In this document: piece after piece, positions 30,172 through 39,148 of the stretch
Layout of the letters: each line of letters begins with the position of its first letter
How positions within the stretch are numbered: the first letter of the stretch is position 1
Source: an uncultured Flavobacteriales bacterium
GTDB taxonomy: Bacteria > Bacteroidota > Bacteroidia > Flavobacteriales_E > Vicingaceae
Reading direction: 5' to 3'
Assembly (NCBI GenBank): GCA_913056345.1
Contig: CAJXMH010000003.1
Location: 38,694 to 102,693, forward strand
DNA length: 64,000 nucleotides
Notes under the pieces: generated by a model
What the model saw: the letters and a program-made list of their open reading frames with translations, nothing else
What the model was told of the DNA's origin: nothing
Database searches by the model: none
Program-made: the position numbers and the translations under genes

Positions 30172-31545
30172 TTAAACTACGCCTTGTGCAATCATAGCGT
30201 CAGCAACTTTTACGAAACCGGCTATATTGGCACCTCTTACATAATCAACAAAGCCTTTCTCGTTAACCCCGTAGCGTACACAAGAATGGTGAATGTCTTT
30301 CATGATATCTTGTAGCTTCTGATCTACTTCTTCAGCAGTCCAGTTGTAGCGCATTGAGTTTTGAGACATCTCTAAACCAGAAGTAGCTACACCACCTGCA
30401 TTAGAGGCCTTGCCTGGAGCAAAGAAGATCTTAGCACTGTGAAAAGCTTCAACCGCTTCAGGCGTGCAAGGCATGTTTGCCCCTTCTGCTATCACGCTTG
30501 CCCCATTTTTGATTAGCAAGCCTGCTTCATCTTTATTCAATTCATTCTGAGTAGCACAAGGTAAGGCGATGTCACATTTAACACCCCAAGGTCTTTTCCC
30601 TTCGTGGTATTCGGCGTTTTTAAATTTCTTGACGTATTCTTTGATTCTGCCTCTCTTCACATTTTTCAATTCCATAATGAAGTTTAGCTTCTTCTCGTCG
30701 ATCCCATCAGCATCGTAAATGTACCCGCCTGAATCAGACATGGTAACCACTTTGCCTCCTAATTGAGTAGCTTTTTCACATGCGTATTGGGCTACATTTC
30801 CAGAACCTGAGATCACAACTGTTTTACCATCAATGCTTTCTCCTCTAGAGTCTAACATTTCTCTTACAAAGTAAACACAGCCATATCCTGTAGCTTCGGG
30901 TCTGATCAAGCTACCACCATAAGAAAGCCCTTTTCCAGTAAGTACTCCGGTAAATTCGTTTCTAATTCTCTTGTATTGGCCAAACATATAACCAATCTCT
31001 CTTCCTCCAACTCCAATATCACCGGCAGGTACGTCTGTATCAGGTCCAATGTGACGAGAAAGTTCGGTCATAAAGCTTTGGCAAAAACGCATCACTTCAT
31101 TGTCAGACTTTCCTTTTGGATCAAAATCAGATCCACCTTTTCCACCGCCCATGGGCAGGGTAGTTAAACTGTTTTTGAAAACTTGTTCAAAAGCCAAAAA
31201 CTTCAAGACACTTAGGTTAACCGTAGGGTGGAAACGCAAACCACCTTTGTATGGTCCTATTGCAGAGTTCATTTCAATTCTGAACCCACGGTTTACTTGA
31301 GCATTGCCTTTATCATCGATCCAAGGCACCCGAAACATGATGATGCGTTCTGCCTCAACCATTCTTTCCAAAAGGTTCAGCCCTTGGTATTCTTTATTTT
31401 CTTCAATAAAAGGGATCACTGTTTCAGCAACTTCTTCAACTGCTTGTAAAAACTCAGCCTCGTGACCATTCTTTTGAGCCACAGACTCAATAAAGGCTTC
31501 TATCTTTTTTTTGACAGCACCTTGATTCGATTTATTTGTACTCAT
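30172..31545 (-). CDS. gdhA: NADP-specific glutamate dehydrogenase
   Basis: 457 aa with KGGLRFHP, LPMGGGKGGSDFDPKG and GSGNVAQYA Rossmann motifs of hexameric GDH. Confidence 0.96.
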   Translation of the reverse strand: MSTNKSNQGAVKKKIEAFIESVAQKNGHEAEFLQAVEEVAETVIPFIEENKEYQGLNLLERMVEAERIIMFRVPWIDDKGNAQVNRGFRIEMNSAIGPYKGGLRFHPTVNLSVLKFLAFEQVFKNSLTTLPMGGGKGGSDFDPKGKSDNEVMRFCQSFMTELSRHIGPDTDVPAGDIGVGGREIGYMFGQYKRIRNEFTGVLTGKGLSYGGSLIRPEATGYGCVYFVREMLDSRGESIDGKTVVISGSGNVAQYACEKATQLGGKVVTMSDSGGYIYDADGIDEKKLNFIMELKNVKRGRIKEYVKKFKNAEYHEGKRPWGVKCDIALPCATQNELNKDEAGLLIKNGASVIAEGANMPCTPEAVEAFHSAKIFFAPGKASNAGGVATSGLEMSQNSMRYNWTAEEVDQKLQDIMKDIHHSCVRYGVNEKGFVDYVRGANIAGFVKVADAMIAQGVV

Positions 31546-31622
31546 TCTTAGGAATATTGGGTTATCTAATTAGATTAAATTGGACGCAAATGTAACTAAT
31601 TTTCAAAAGGGTAAAGAAGCTA

Positions 31623-32762
31623 TTAAACAAGTTGATATTGCTTGCCCGGTAGACTTTTAACTACTCCTTTGAATTCAAGATTGAGTAATAAACTTGCAGT
31701 TTTACTCATTGGCATTTGTGCTAACAAGCTTAGTTCATCAATGGGCAACAGGTCTTTGCCTTCAAACGCCTTGATGATTTTTTCCTCTTCGTCATTTAGT
31801 TCAACGAAAAGTTGTCTTTGGGTTGAATTTTGTTTTTTAGCTTTTGATTCAAGCTCCCAGCCTAGGATGTATTCTAAATCTTTAACGGATTCTATCAAAG
31901 CAGCTTTGTTGGCCTTGATTAGCTTATTACAACCTTCAGATTGGCTATCGTCTACCCTGCCGGGAACAGCGAAAACGTCACGGTTGTAGCCATTGGCAAG
32001 GTCGGCTGTGATCAAAGAGCCTCCTTTGGCTGAAGATTCAACCACTACAACTGCTTCAGATAGGCCTGCTACAATGCGGTTACGCTCAGCAAAATTGGAG
32101 GGAAGGAGTTTGGTTTTGCTATGGTAATCTGAAGCAATACCTCCATTGAGTTGCATTTTTTCTGCATATTTAAAGTGAGGCTTTGGGTAAACTTCATCAA
32201 GACCAGAAGCTAGGATTCCGATGGTTGGCAAACCTGCCTCCATTGCTGCTTTATGGGCTGTAATGTCTATTCCATAGGCAAGCCCGCTTACAATGGTAGC
32301 GCCGTGTGGCTTTAGGTCGCGAATCATTTGCTCGCAAATGGCTTTTCCTTTTACGGTTGCCTTTCGAGTTCCAACAAAGCTGATCATTTTGGATGCATTC
32401 CAATCAACTTTTCCCTTACTGTATAGGATGATCGGTCCATCATCGCAATGTAGCAAGCGTTGCGGGTAATCTTTGTCGAGAAAAAAAGTAGCGTTAATGT
32501 TTTCCTTTTCCAGAAAAGCCACTTCCTCCTCAGCTCTGCCTAAAACATCTGCCTGCAAAACTTTGCTAACAGCTTTTTCGCCCAAGCCGGGGATCTTCAA
32601 TAGTTCAGCCTTTTTGCTTTTAAAAACAGCTTCGGCACCACCACAATAGGCTACTAATTTTTTAGCACCTTGGTGGCCAATTCCCGGTATTAAACTTAGT
32701 CCAATTTGATAGATCAATGCACTCAACTGAAAGTCGTAAAGTTTTAATTTATATTTGGTCAA
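31623..32762 (-). CDS. dprA: DNA-processing protein DprA (Smf)
   Basis: GLAYGIDITAHKAA, AERNRIVAGLS, VVVESSAKGGSLITA and a C-terminal wHTH-like tail. The track ORF runs to ATG 32858, but that would overlap the kdsB start and promoter by about 100 nt, so I place the start at TTG 32762 (LTKYKLKLYDFQ...). The start is uncertain. Confidence 0.85.
   Translation of the reverse strand: MTKYKLKLYDFQLSALIYQIGLSLIPGIGHQGAKKLVAYCGGAEAVFKSKKAELLKIPGLGEKAVSKVLQADVLGRAEEEVAFLEKENINATFFLDKDYPQRLLHCDDGPIILYSKGKVDWNASKMISFVGTRKATVKGKAICEQMIRDLKPHGATIVSGLAYGIDITAHKAAMEAGLPTIGILASGLDEVYPKPHFKYAEKMQLNGGIASDYHSKTKLLPSNFAERNRIVAGLSEAVVVVESSAKGGSLITADLANGYNRDVFAVPGRVDDSQSEGCNKLIKANKAALIESVKDLEYILGWELESKAKKQNSTQRQLFVELNDEEEKIIKAFEGKDLLPIDELSLLAQMPMSKTASLLLNLEFKGVVKSLPGKQYQLV
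32750..32757 (+). promoter_or_regulatory. -7 promoter box (TAnnTTTG) for kdsB
   Basis: TATATTTG lies 15 nt upstream of ATG 32773. Confidence 0.35.
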
Positions 32763-32772
32763 AAGTATTAAT

Positions 32773-33519
32773 ATGCGATCAATAGGAGTAATACCTGCCC
32801 GATATGGTTCAACTAGATTGCCCGGTAAACCGCTAGCCTTAATACATGGAAAGCCCATGATTCAAAGGGTTTATGAGCAATGTAAGCAGTCTACTGCCCT
32901 AAGCGAAGTAGTAGTAGCCACAGATGATGAACGGATTTTAGAGGCGGTTGAACATTTTGGTGGACGTGCAGTGATGACCAGCCCTGATCACCAAAGTGGC
33001 ACGGATCGTTGTTTGGAAGCATACCAAAAAATTGATGAGGAGTTCGACATTGTTGTAAATATACAAGGTGATGAACCCTTTATTTCTCCATCTCAAATTG
33101 ACTTGATCTTAAGTTGTTTTCAATACGAAAATACAGAGATCGCAACTCTGGTTAAATTGATTGATCAAGAGTCTGAGCTTTTTAACCCATCGAAACCAAA
33201 GGTGCTGTTGGATGAAAATGATTTTGCCATTTACTTCAGTCGGCAATGCATTCCTTATTTAAGAGATTATGAAAAAGAAGCATGGCTTGAGGCTTTTAAT
33301 TTTTACAAGCACATTGGTATGTATGCTTTTCGGGCAGGAACTTTGGCTGAATTGTGCGCCCTTCAACCAAGTAGATTAGAAAAAGCAGAAGGTTTAGAAC
33401 AGCTCAGATGGATAGAACATGCTTATAAAATTCGAGTAGCGATTACGGAAGAAGAAGCCTTTTCTGTGGACACACAGGAAGACTTAGATGAGATAAATAG
33501 CAACGAACTCCGGAGTTAA
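32773..33519 (+). CDS. kdsB: 3-deoxy-manno-octulosonate cytidylyltransferase (CMP-KDO synthetase)
   Basis: The protein has the motifs GVIPARYGSTRLPGKPL, NIQGDEPF and EQLRWIE. Start ATG 32773 (MRSIGVIPARY) is preferred over the in-frame TTG at 32755. Confidence 0.93.
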   Translation: MRSIGVIPARYGSTRLPGKPLALIHGKPMIQRVYEQCKQSTALSEVVVATDDERILEAVEHFGGRAVMTSPDHQSGTDRCLEAYQKIDEEFDIVVNIQGDEPFISPSQIDLILSCFQYENTEIATLVKLIDQESELFNPSKPKVLLDENDFAIYFSRQCIPYLRDYEKEAWLEAFNFYKHIGMYAFRAGTLAELCALQPSRLEKAEGLEQLRWIEHAYKIRVAITEEEAFSVDTQEDLDEINSNELRS

Positions 33520-33548
33520 ATTAAAATTCTTCCCTAATTTCGCAAGGT

Positions 33549-34619
33549 ATGGAGAAGGTAAAAATAGATGTTTACATAGCCGATTTGTTGTACAGTTACG
33601 ATTGTGTAATTGTGCCTGAATTTGGCGGTTTTGTAGCCAACTATGCACCTGCTCAGGTACATGCGATCCAACATAAATTTACGCCTCCCTCCAAAAAGAT
33701 CTCCTTCAATAAAAACCTGACCAATAATGATGGTTTATTGGGCAATCACATTGCGGAAAGAAGATCCATTACTTACCATGAGGCGAATGAATTGGTCAAA
33801 GCTTTTGTAAACCAAAGTGTAAGCGGTTTAAAACAGGGCGATAAGATTCACATTGAAAAAGTGGGAACCCTTTATCTTGATCCTGAGCAAAATATTCAGT
33901 TCAAGGCTGAAGAAAGTAATGACTTCCTTTTGGATTCATTTGGTTTAAAGAGCTTTAGAAGCAGTCCGATCAAAAGGGCGGGAGCTGAAGAGCGAATCAA
34001 GGAAAAGATCAAGGAGCAGGCGCCAATCATAAAAACTGAAGAAGGGGAAAAGAGAAGGGTATACTGGCCTGCTGCTGCGCTGCTTTTAGTGCTTGTGCTT
34101 AGTGGCTTCATTTTGAATTGGCAATTTGGTTGGGTAAGCGCTGATTCAACTAATTTGACTTATCTCGGGCATCAAGCAATAGAAAAACCCCTTTACGACC
34201 TAAAGTCGGTTGAGTTAGAAACGGAGCGCCTAAACCTTAGAAGTGTTGAAGAAAGAACCTGGCCTGCAGGTTATACAGCCTATGATTTGCCAAGCGGAGA
34301 AGTAACCGCTATGGTGGTTGAAAAGGAAATTGAAGGGAATACCAAACGCATTGATAATACCTACACCAAGGAAAGCGCCACTTCCAGTCGTTTGCGTTTC
34401 CATGTAATGGGCGGTTGTTTTTCGCAACTCTCAAATGCGCAAGGTCTTGTAAACACCTTGCTTAATCAAGGCTATCAGGCACGACTCTTGGGAGAATACA
34501 AGAACTTGCACGCGGTAAGTTATGCAAGCTTTGCGCATCGAGCAGATGCCATTCGATTATTGGAAAAAGTCCGTAACCATCATAATGAAGATGCTTGGTT
34601 GCTAGTACGTGAGTTCTAA
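33549..34619 (+). CDS. HU-like domain / SPOR domain membrane protein
   Basis: 356 aa. The N-terminus (LLYSYDCVIVPEFGGFVANYAPA...) resembles the HU/CCDC81-type domain seen in Bacteroidota SPOR proteins. A central TM (WPAAALLLVLVLSGFIL) follows. The C-terminal block FHVMGGCFSQLSNAQGLVNTLLNQGYQARLLG...YASFAHRADAIRLLEKV is a SPOR fold pattern. Confidence 0.7.
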   Translation: MEKVKIDVYIADLLYSYDCVIVPEFGGFVANYAPAQVHAIQHKFTPPSKKISFNKNLTNNDGLLGNHIAERRSITYHEANELVKAFVNQSVSGLKQGDKIHIEKVGTLYLDPEQNIQFKAEESNDFLLDSFGLKSFRSSPIKRAGAEERIKEKIKEQAPIIKTEEGEKRRVYWPAAALLLVLVLSGFILNWQFGWVSADSTNLTYLGHQAIEKPLYDLKSVELETERLNLRSVEERTWPAGYTAYDLPSGEVTAMVVEKEIEGNTKRIDNTYTKESATSSRLRFHVMGGCFSQLSNAQGLVNTLLNQGYQARLLGEYKNLHAVSYASFAHRADAIRLLEKVRNHHNEDAWLLVREF

Positions 34620-34660
34620 GCCATTTCAGTACTTTTGCGTCCTCAAAAAAAGGACGAAAG

Positions 34661-35188
34661 ATGAAGCCTAAAAAAGCCCAAGAAACCTTCGCTCAAACCT
34701 CCAAAATTGTATTGCCTAACGATACCAATGTGTTGGGAAATCTAATGGGAGGTCAGTTGTTAAATTGGATGGATATCACAGCAGGAATTTCCGCTCAACG
34801 TCATTCTAGAAGAGTAGTGGTAACGGCTTCCGTTAACAATGTTTCTTTTAATCATCCCATAAAACTTGGCGATGTAGTGAGCATAGAGGCAAAAGTTTCA
34901 CGCGCCTTTACTTCATCTATGGAAGTTTTCCTTGACGTATATGTAGACCTGACAAGCGGAAAGCGTAAAAAATGCAACGAGGCCATTTACACCTTTGTGG
35001 CAGTAGATCAAAATGGTTCTCCCATTGAAGTTCCTGAGCTAGAACCTGAAACCCAGCTAGAAAAAGAACGCTATGATGCAGCTTTGCGTCGCAGACAATT
35101 GAGTTTGATCTTAGCCGGTAAAATGAAACCCGAAAGTGCTACGGAGTTAAAAGCCATTTTTGAACACGTAGAAAAAGCGGCGGAGTAG
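34661..35188 (+). CDS. acyl-CoA thioesterase (hotdog fold, YciA/Acot-like)
   Basis: 175 aa with VLPNDTNVLGNLMGGQLLNWMDITAGISA and TASVNNVSFNHPIKLGD, typical of the 4HBT/BFIT-type thioesterase. Confidence 0.85.
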   Translation: MKPKKAQETFAQTSKIVLPNDTNVLGNLMGGQLLNWMDITAGISAQRHSRRVVVTASVNNVSFNHPIKLGDVVSIEAKVSRAFTSSMEVFLDVYVDLTSGKRKKCNEAIYTFVAVDQNGSPIEVPELEPETQLEKERYDAALRRRQLSLILAGKMKPESATELKAIFEHVEKAAE

Positions 35189-35265
35189 ACCTAAATACTT
35201 TTTGTTTGATTGTTTTCAAGAGCTATTGCGAGTTGGTTTAGCAAATAAAAGACAGTATTCTAAAG

Positions 35266-35592
35266 ATGAAGAATAAACTCAATTGGGAGGTATTTTCAAA
35301 TCAAGAAAGAAACAATTTAATCGAAGAATTGAAAAGAATCATATCCTCTAATGATGGTTGTATTGTAAACTTCAATTTCTTCTCCGACTTAGCTCTTAGC
35401 TTAACCATTGAGATTGAAGAAAGGAAAATAGAAAACTTACATAATGAGCTTAGTCGTGTAGTGACAATTTCGGAAATAGGAGTGAGTAAATTTGATGAAG
35501 ATTCGGTAAGAGAATGGTGGTTGTTTCTTAATGTTACCTTTAACAAAGGTAAAGGCAACATAAAAATGCATATACCTGATGTTCCAGGATAA
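35266..35592 (+). CDS. hypothetical protein
   Basis: 108-aa ORF with no recognised motif. It is the first gene of the accessory patch. Confidence 0.45.
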   Translation: MKNKLNWEVFSNQERNNLIEELKRIISSNDGCIVNFNFFSDLALSLTIEIEERKIENLHNELSRVVTISEIGVSKFDEDSVREWWLFLNVTFNKGKGNIKMHIPDVPG

Positions 35593-35845
35593 TGATGAGA
35601 AAACTCGCTATAGCAAAATCTACAAGATACCTACCCGACAGGTCAGTCGCTGCTTAAAGGCGAAGTTTGAATAATTAGATTGGGTACTTACTTTATTAAG
35701 GAAATTGGGAGTATTCCCAATAAAGAAACAGAAAAAGCAATTTTAGAAGCTAGCGAAAGCAAAAAACTAAAACCGATTGAAGATTTGGATCAGTTTTTGA
35801 AGAATTTATAAAAACTGAAATACGACTGCCAAAAATAAAGCTAAA

Positions 35846-36856
35846 TTATAGCGCAGACTGAGCGGAGCCGAAGTCTAACTTATCAATCACCGCCTCACTC
35901 TCAATCTCCATCATGCATTTAAAATGACCTTTGGGGCATTTTTTGAAGCCAATTTTAGAGCAAGGTCGACAGCTTAGTCCTTTTACTTCAAAAATAGTGG
36001 AGCGATCTTCTTTCCCTTTTTCATAATAAGGATACATGCCTAATTCAGGCACTGTATTACCCCAAAAAGAGAGAATAGGTTTTTGAAAAGCCGCGGCAAT
36101 GTGCATCATGCCTGTGTCGGGAGTAATAACAGATTTTGACTGTTTGATAAAAAAAGCCGATTCGTGCAAAGTAGTTTTACCGGCCACATTAAAGATTCTT
36201 TCCGGAGCAAGCTGCGCTAGCTTTTCTCCTAATGCTTGGTCTTCTTTTCCGCCCAGCAAAACAAAGGCCTGTTGGCTTTTTTCTAAGATCTCCCGCATTT
36301 TAACTTCTGGAATCTTTTTAGTGCCGTGGTTGGCGCCTAAGACCAAGACCACATATTGCTCAGCCTCGAAGGGAATATTAAGAGAAGGCTGAAAATTTTT
36401 CCGTAAAAAGTAATCTAGCCCCCCTTCATCTTTTTCAATGCCCAAAGCTTTTACCGAATCCAAATAGCGATCCACAATGTGGATGTCCGGCATGCGGTCC
36501 CACTTAAAATTGACTAGCAACCATTTTTTAAAGTTGAGTTTGTCGAAGGTGAAACTGAGGGCTTTGAGTTTGTTTTTTACCCTACGTGCCCGCATGTTTT
36601 TATGTAAGTCTACCACATAATCGTACTGCTCGGCTTGCAAGTCTTCGATTACCTCATTGGTGCTTTTTTCTATGGTGTAGACCTTGCTCAAATAGGGGTT
36701 TTCGGCCACCAAAGGAGCATACACTTTTTTGGTAAGAAAGTGAATTTCCGCTTCTCCCTCCACTTGCTTTTTAAGGCAACGGATTATCGGCGTGGTGAGC
36801 ACAATGTCACCAATGGAGCTGAAACGAATAATGAGGATTTTGACGGGAGCGTTCAC
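35846..36856 (-). CDS. glycosyltransferase family 9 (LPS heptosyltransferase-like)
   Basis: 336 aa with KILIIRFSSIGDIVLTTPIIRCLKKQ, TPDTGMMHIAAAF and a Cys-rich C-terminus (CRPCSKIGFKKCPKGHFKCM). Confidence 0.85.
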   Translation of the reverse strand: MNAPVKILIIRFSSIGDIVLTTPIIRCLKKQVEGEAEIHFLTKKVYAPLVAENPYLSKVYTIEKSTNEVIEDLQAEQYDYVVDLHKNMRARRVKNKLKALSFTFDKLNFKKWLLVNFKWDRMPDIHIVDRYLDSVKALGIEKDEGGLDYFLRKNFQPSLNIPFEAEQYVVLVLGANHGTKKIPEVKMREILEKSQQAFVLLGGKEDQALGEKLAQLAPERIFNVAGKTTLHESAFFIKQSKSVITPDTGMMHIAAAFQKPILSFWGNTVPELGMYPYYEKGKEDRSTIFEVKGLSCRPCSKIGFKKCPKGHFKCMMEIESEAVIDKLDFGSAQSAL

Positions 36857-36876
36857 AGGGAGTAAAAGTAAAATAT

Positions 36877-37344
36877 CTACAACTTATTGATACGTTTCAA
36901 TTCTACTATATCAAGCATATCCTTTGTTCTCATAGACTTTGCTTTGCTAGTAATTAAATCATTTAAATGAATAACCTTCATTTTTTTGATGCTTCTCTTG
37001 CCAATCTTATATTCATTGGCTTCGTTGTAGGCTTCATCAAAGCTTTTATTGGGATTGAAGTTGGTGATAATTTCTATTTCCTGTTCAGGTGAAACCTTTA
37101 TGGAGATATTCTGTTTTCCCTGCTTCACTTTATCCGGTAAACTATCAATCGCGTAGCCCAACTTTTGAAATACAGTGAGAAGTTTATTAAAGTTTTCATC
37201 CTTAGGTTTTATCCAAAAGTCGATATCAGCTGAATGCCTTTTGTATCCATAAAAATTAACCGCTGCACCACCAACAAGAAGCAATTTCACTTTTTCTTCA
37301 AGGCATAATTCAATGAATCGATTGGCTTCCTCCTCAAACTTCAT
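36877..37344 (-). CDS. minimal nucleotidyltransferase-fold protein (Pol-beta superfamily, DUF2204/DUF6036-like)
   Basis: 155 aa. LLLVGGAAVNFYGYKRHSADIDFWIKP fits the hG[GS]-x(9-15)-DhD NTase motif. The ATG lies 11 nt inside the upstream small ORF. Confidence 0.65.
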   Translation of the reverse strand: MKFEEEANRFIELCLEEKVKLLLVGGAAVNFYGYKRHSADIDFWIKPKDENFNKLLTVFQKLGYAIDSLPDKVKQGKQNISIKVSPEQEIEIITNFNPNKSFDEAYNEANEYKIGKRSIKKMKVIHLNDLITSKAKSMRTKDMLDIVELKRINKL

Positions 37345-37540
37345 TTTTATAAATACAAAAGTTTCCTTTGTTTTCGCCTAATTCCTTTGGGTCTATAAAC
37401 TGACTGAACAGATCGCTATCAAAAGAACGGAGAAAAGATTGTAAGCGTTCGGAAGGAGATAAAGCGAGAAACTCAGCCTCTCTTCTGCGATTGTTTTCAG
37501 CTTTAGTAGCAAAGTGTATTTTCTTTTCTCCTGTTCTCAT
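37334..37540 (-). CDS. small partner protein of the NTase (antitoxin-like, hypothetical)
   Basis: The track ORF is 126 aa from 37714. I prefer the internal ATG at 37540 (MRTGEKKIHF..., 68 aa) because a TACCTTTG box sits 9 nt upstream of it. It overlaps the NTase start by 11 nt. Confidence 0.5.
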   Translation of the reverse strand: MRTGEKKIHFATKAENNRRREAEFLALSPSERLQSFLRSFDSDLFSQFIDPKELGENKGNFCIYKNEV

Positions 37541-37549
37541 CTTAATTAC

Positions 37550-37557
37550 CAAAGGTA
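37550..37557 (-). promoter_or_regulatory. -7 promoter box (TAnnTTTG) for the small-ORF/NTase pair
   Basis: On the minus strand TACCTTTG lies 9 nt upstream of ATG 37540. A second similar unit (plus strand cttaaataaaaaaggtaag, 37577-37595) repeats 36 nt further upstream. Confidence 0.3.
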
Positions 37558-37767
37558 AGTATTGATTTACTAGTCGCTTAAATAAAAAAGGTAAGCAAAC
37601 AACTCTTCCCCTTTTCCCCTCTTTTACTTTTATTGCTAAGGCTAATTTTTTGTATCTTGAGCGTTGAAAAACAAGCCGATGGAAAGCCGATTTAAAAGGT
37701 ACAAACAAAATCAATTTTAAAAATCATTACATTCTTTGTATCTAGATTTAAATATGATTCATAAATA

Positions 37768-38262
37768 ATGGTCTTTGATAATCATATATTTTATTCAACA
37801 AATTCGTATTTGGCTTACCAAATAAATGAGAACTTCTATAATGGTATTCATTTTGTTTGGTGTTCTCCTGTTTTTGATAGTTCGGCACTTGCAAAATTTG
37901 ATATTAGAAAAAATATACCACCTTCATCCAACCCATATAAGATTTATCTATCATTAAAAGAGGATGTAGAAAATAACGATTTACACAGTTCAAAAATTGA
38001 TTCTAATAAAAAAGGTATAAAGGCAGGAGCATCAATAATGTTAAATAAAGGGCTTATTAGCGAGCATGAGTTCGCTATGATTATTAGGACGGTAGACACA
38101 AGTAGCCTTAAAGACTATAGACCTGTTTTATATCTTATTCCCAAAACACTTGTTAATCAAAAATTGGAAGTGGTTGATGTTGATGAAAAAGCTAATCCAT
38201 TAAGTGTGGAATATAGAATACTAGATTTAACAAGAGAAGAGTTTGAAATAATTGAATTCTAA
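37768..38262 (+). CDS. hypothetical protein (ORFan A of the AT-rich operon)
   Basis: 164-aa ORF in very AT-rich DNA with no motif I can assign. No competing ORF exists on any frame. Confidence 0.6.
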   Translation: MVFDNHIFYSTNSYLAYQINENFYNGIHFVWCSPVFDSSALAKFDIRKNIPPSSNPYKIYLSLKEDVENNDLHSSKIDSNKKGIKAGASIMLNKGLISEHEFAMIIRTVDTSSLKDYRPVLYLIPKTLVNQKLEVVDVDEKANPLSVEYRILDLTREEFEIIEF

Positions 38263-38266
38263 TTTT

Positions 38267-39148
38267 ATGGATATAATTTCACCATATCAGTATATAAACG
38301 CTTTATCTAACTTGACAAAAAAAGTTATGATAAAAAAGTATTCTATTGTTCAAAATGAAACCCTAAAATCAAAATCAGGCGATATTGAGAACGAGATAAA
38401 TGAGAGCTTTAAAAAAGACTTAGGATTTGGCATAAAAGAAATCAATCAATATGATCAAATTAAAAGATATGAGAATCGAATAGATTTAGAATTTTCTAAA
38501 ATATCTAAACAAAAAATCCTTAAGTATCCCATTGAAGATGAAATAGAGCTTGTAAAAATTGCTTCAAGGATTTCAAATGATTTTATAAAGCAATTTGAAA
38601 TTGAAGTTAACCCTGGAATAAGAGATTTTATAAAAAGAATAAAGTTTACAGTTCCTCAAATAGCAACTTTAGCTAAAAGAGCAAATAGAGTATTTGCTAT
38701 ACCAAATAAATCGAATCAAGTGAGGGATAATATTCTTCTTACTTCAAAAACCACTTATTTAAAAAGGGAATACAATGTTCTGATACACTTAAAAAAAAAC
38801 AAAGATAAAGGCAAAGAAAACTTCCTTATTGTTGTCGGATTTTTCTTGTTTCAAAACTCTTTTACTGAAAATCACAATCCTATAAGATTATTTCTGACTA
38901 CATTATTTAAATATGGAGTTAATATCAAAATAAATAAAACCACGAAAAGATTTTTCCTTGAAGAAATAGTTTTGAATAAAGAGTTGCATGGGAATATGAA
39001 AATATTGGAGGTAGAAGAGGACGAAAAAAAATCAAAAATTTGGGTTTCTGCTCCAACTTATATTAATCAGCTTCACACACAAATTTCTTTTTGTTACGGC
39101 TTCAATGAAACAAGGTATTTAAAAGATTTCTTTAATAGGGAAATATAA
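38267..39148 (+). CDS. hypothetical protein (ORFan B of the AT-rich operon)
   Basis: 293 aa from ATG 38267, which lies 4 nt after the stop of ORFan A. The alternative is TTG 38252 with an 11-nt overlap. The product is K/N/I-rich with no recognised motif. Confidence 0.6.
   Translation: MDIISPYQYINALSNLTKKVMIKKYSIVQNETLKSKSGDIENEINESFKKDLGFGIKEINQYDQIKRYENRIDLEFSKISKQKILKYPIEDEIELVKIASRISNDFIKQFEIEVNPGIRDFIKRIKFTVPQIATLAKRANRVFAIPNKSNQVRDNILLTSKTTYLKREYNVLIHLKKNKDKGKENFLIVVGFFLFQNSFTENHNPIRLFLTTLFKYGVNIKINKTTKRFFLEEIVLNKELHGNMKILEVEEDEKKSKIWVSAPTYINQLHTQISFCYGFNETRYLKDFFNREI

Noticed and set aside
34638-34656. Hairpin CGTCCT-caaaaaa-AGGACG between the SPOR-protein gene and the thioesterase gene, considered as a terminator.
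   Set aside because: No U-tract follows on either strand. It lies between a TACTTTTG box (34630-34637) and the thioesterase ATG (34661), so it is more likely a 5'-UTR element. It is too small to interpret further.
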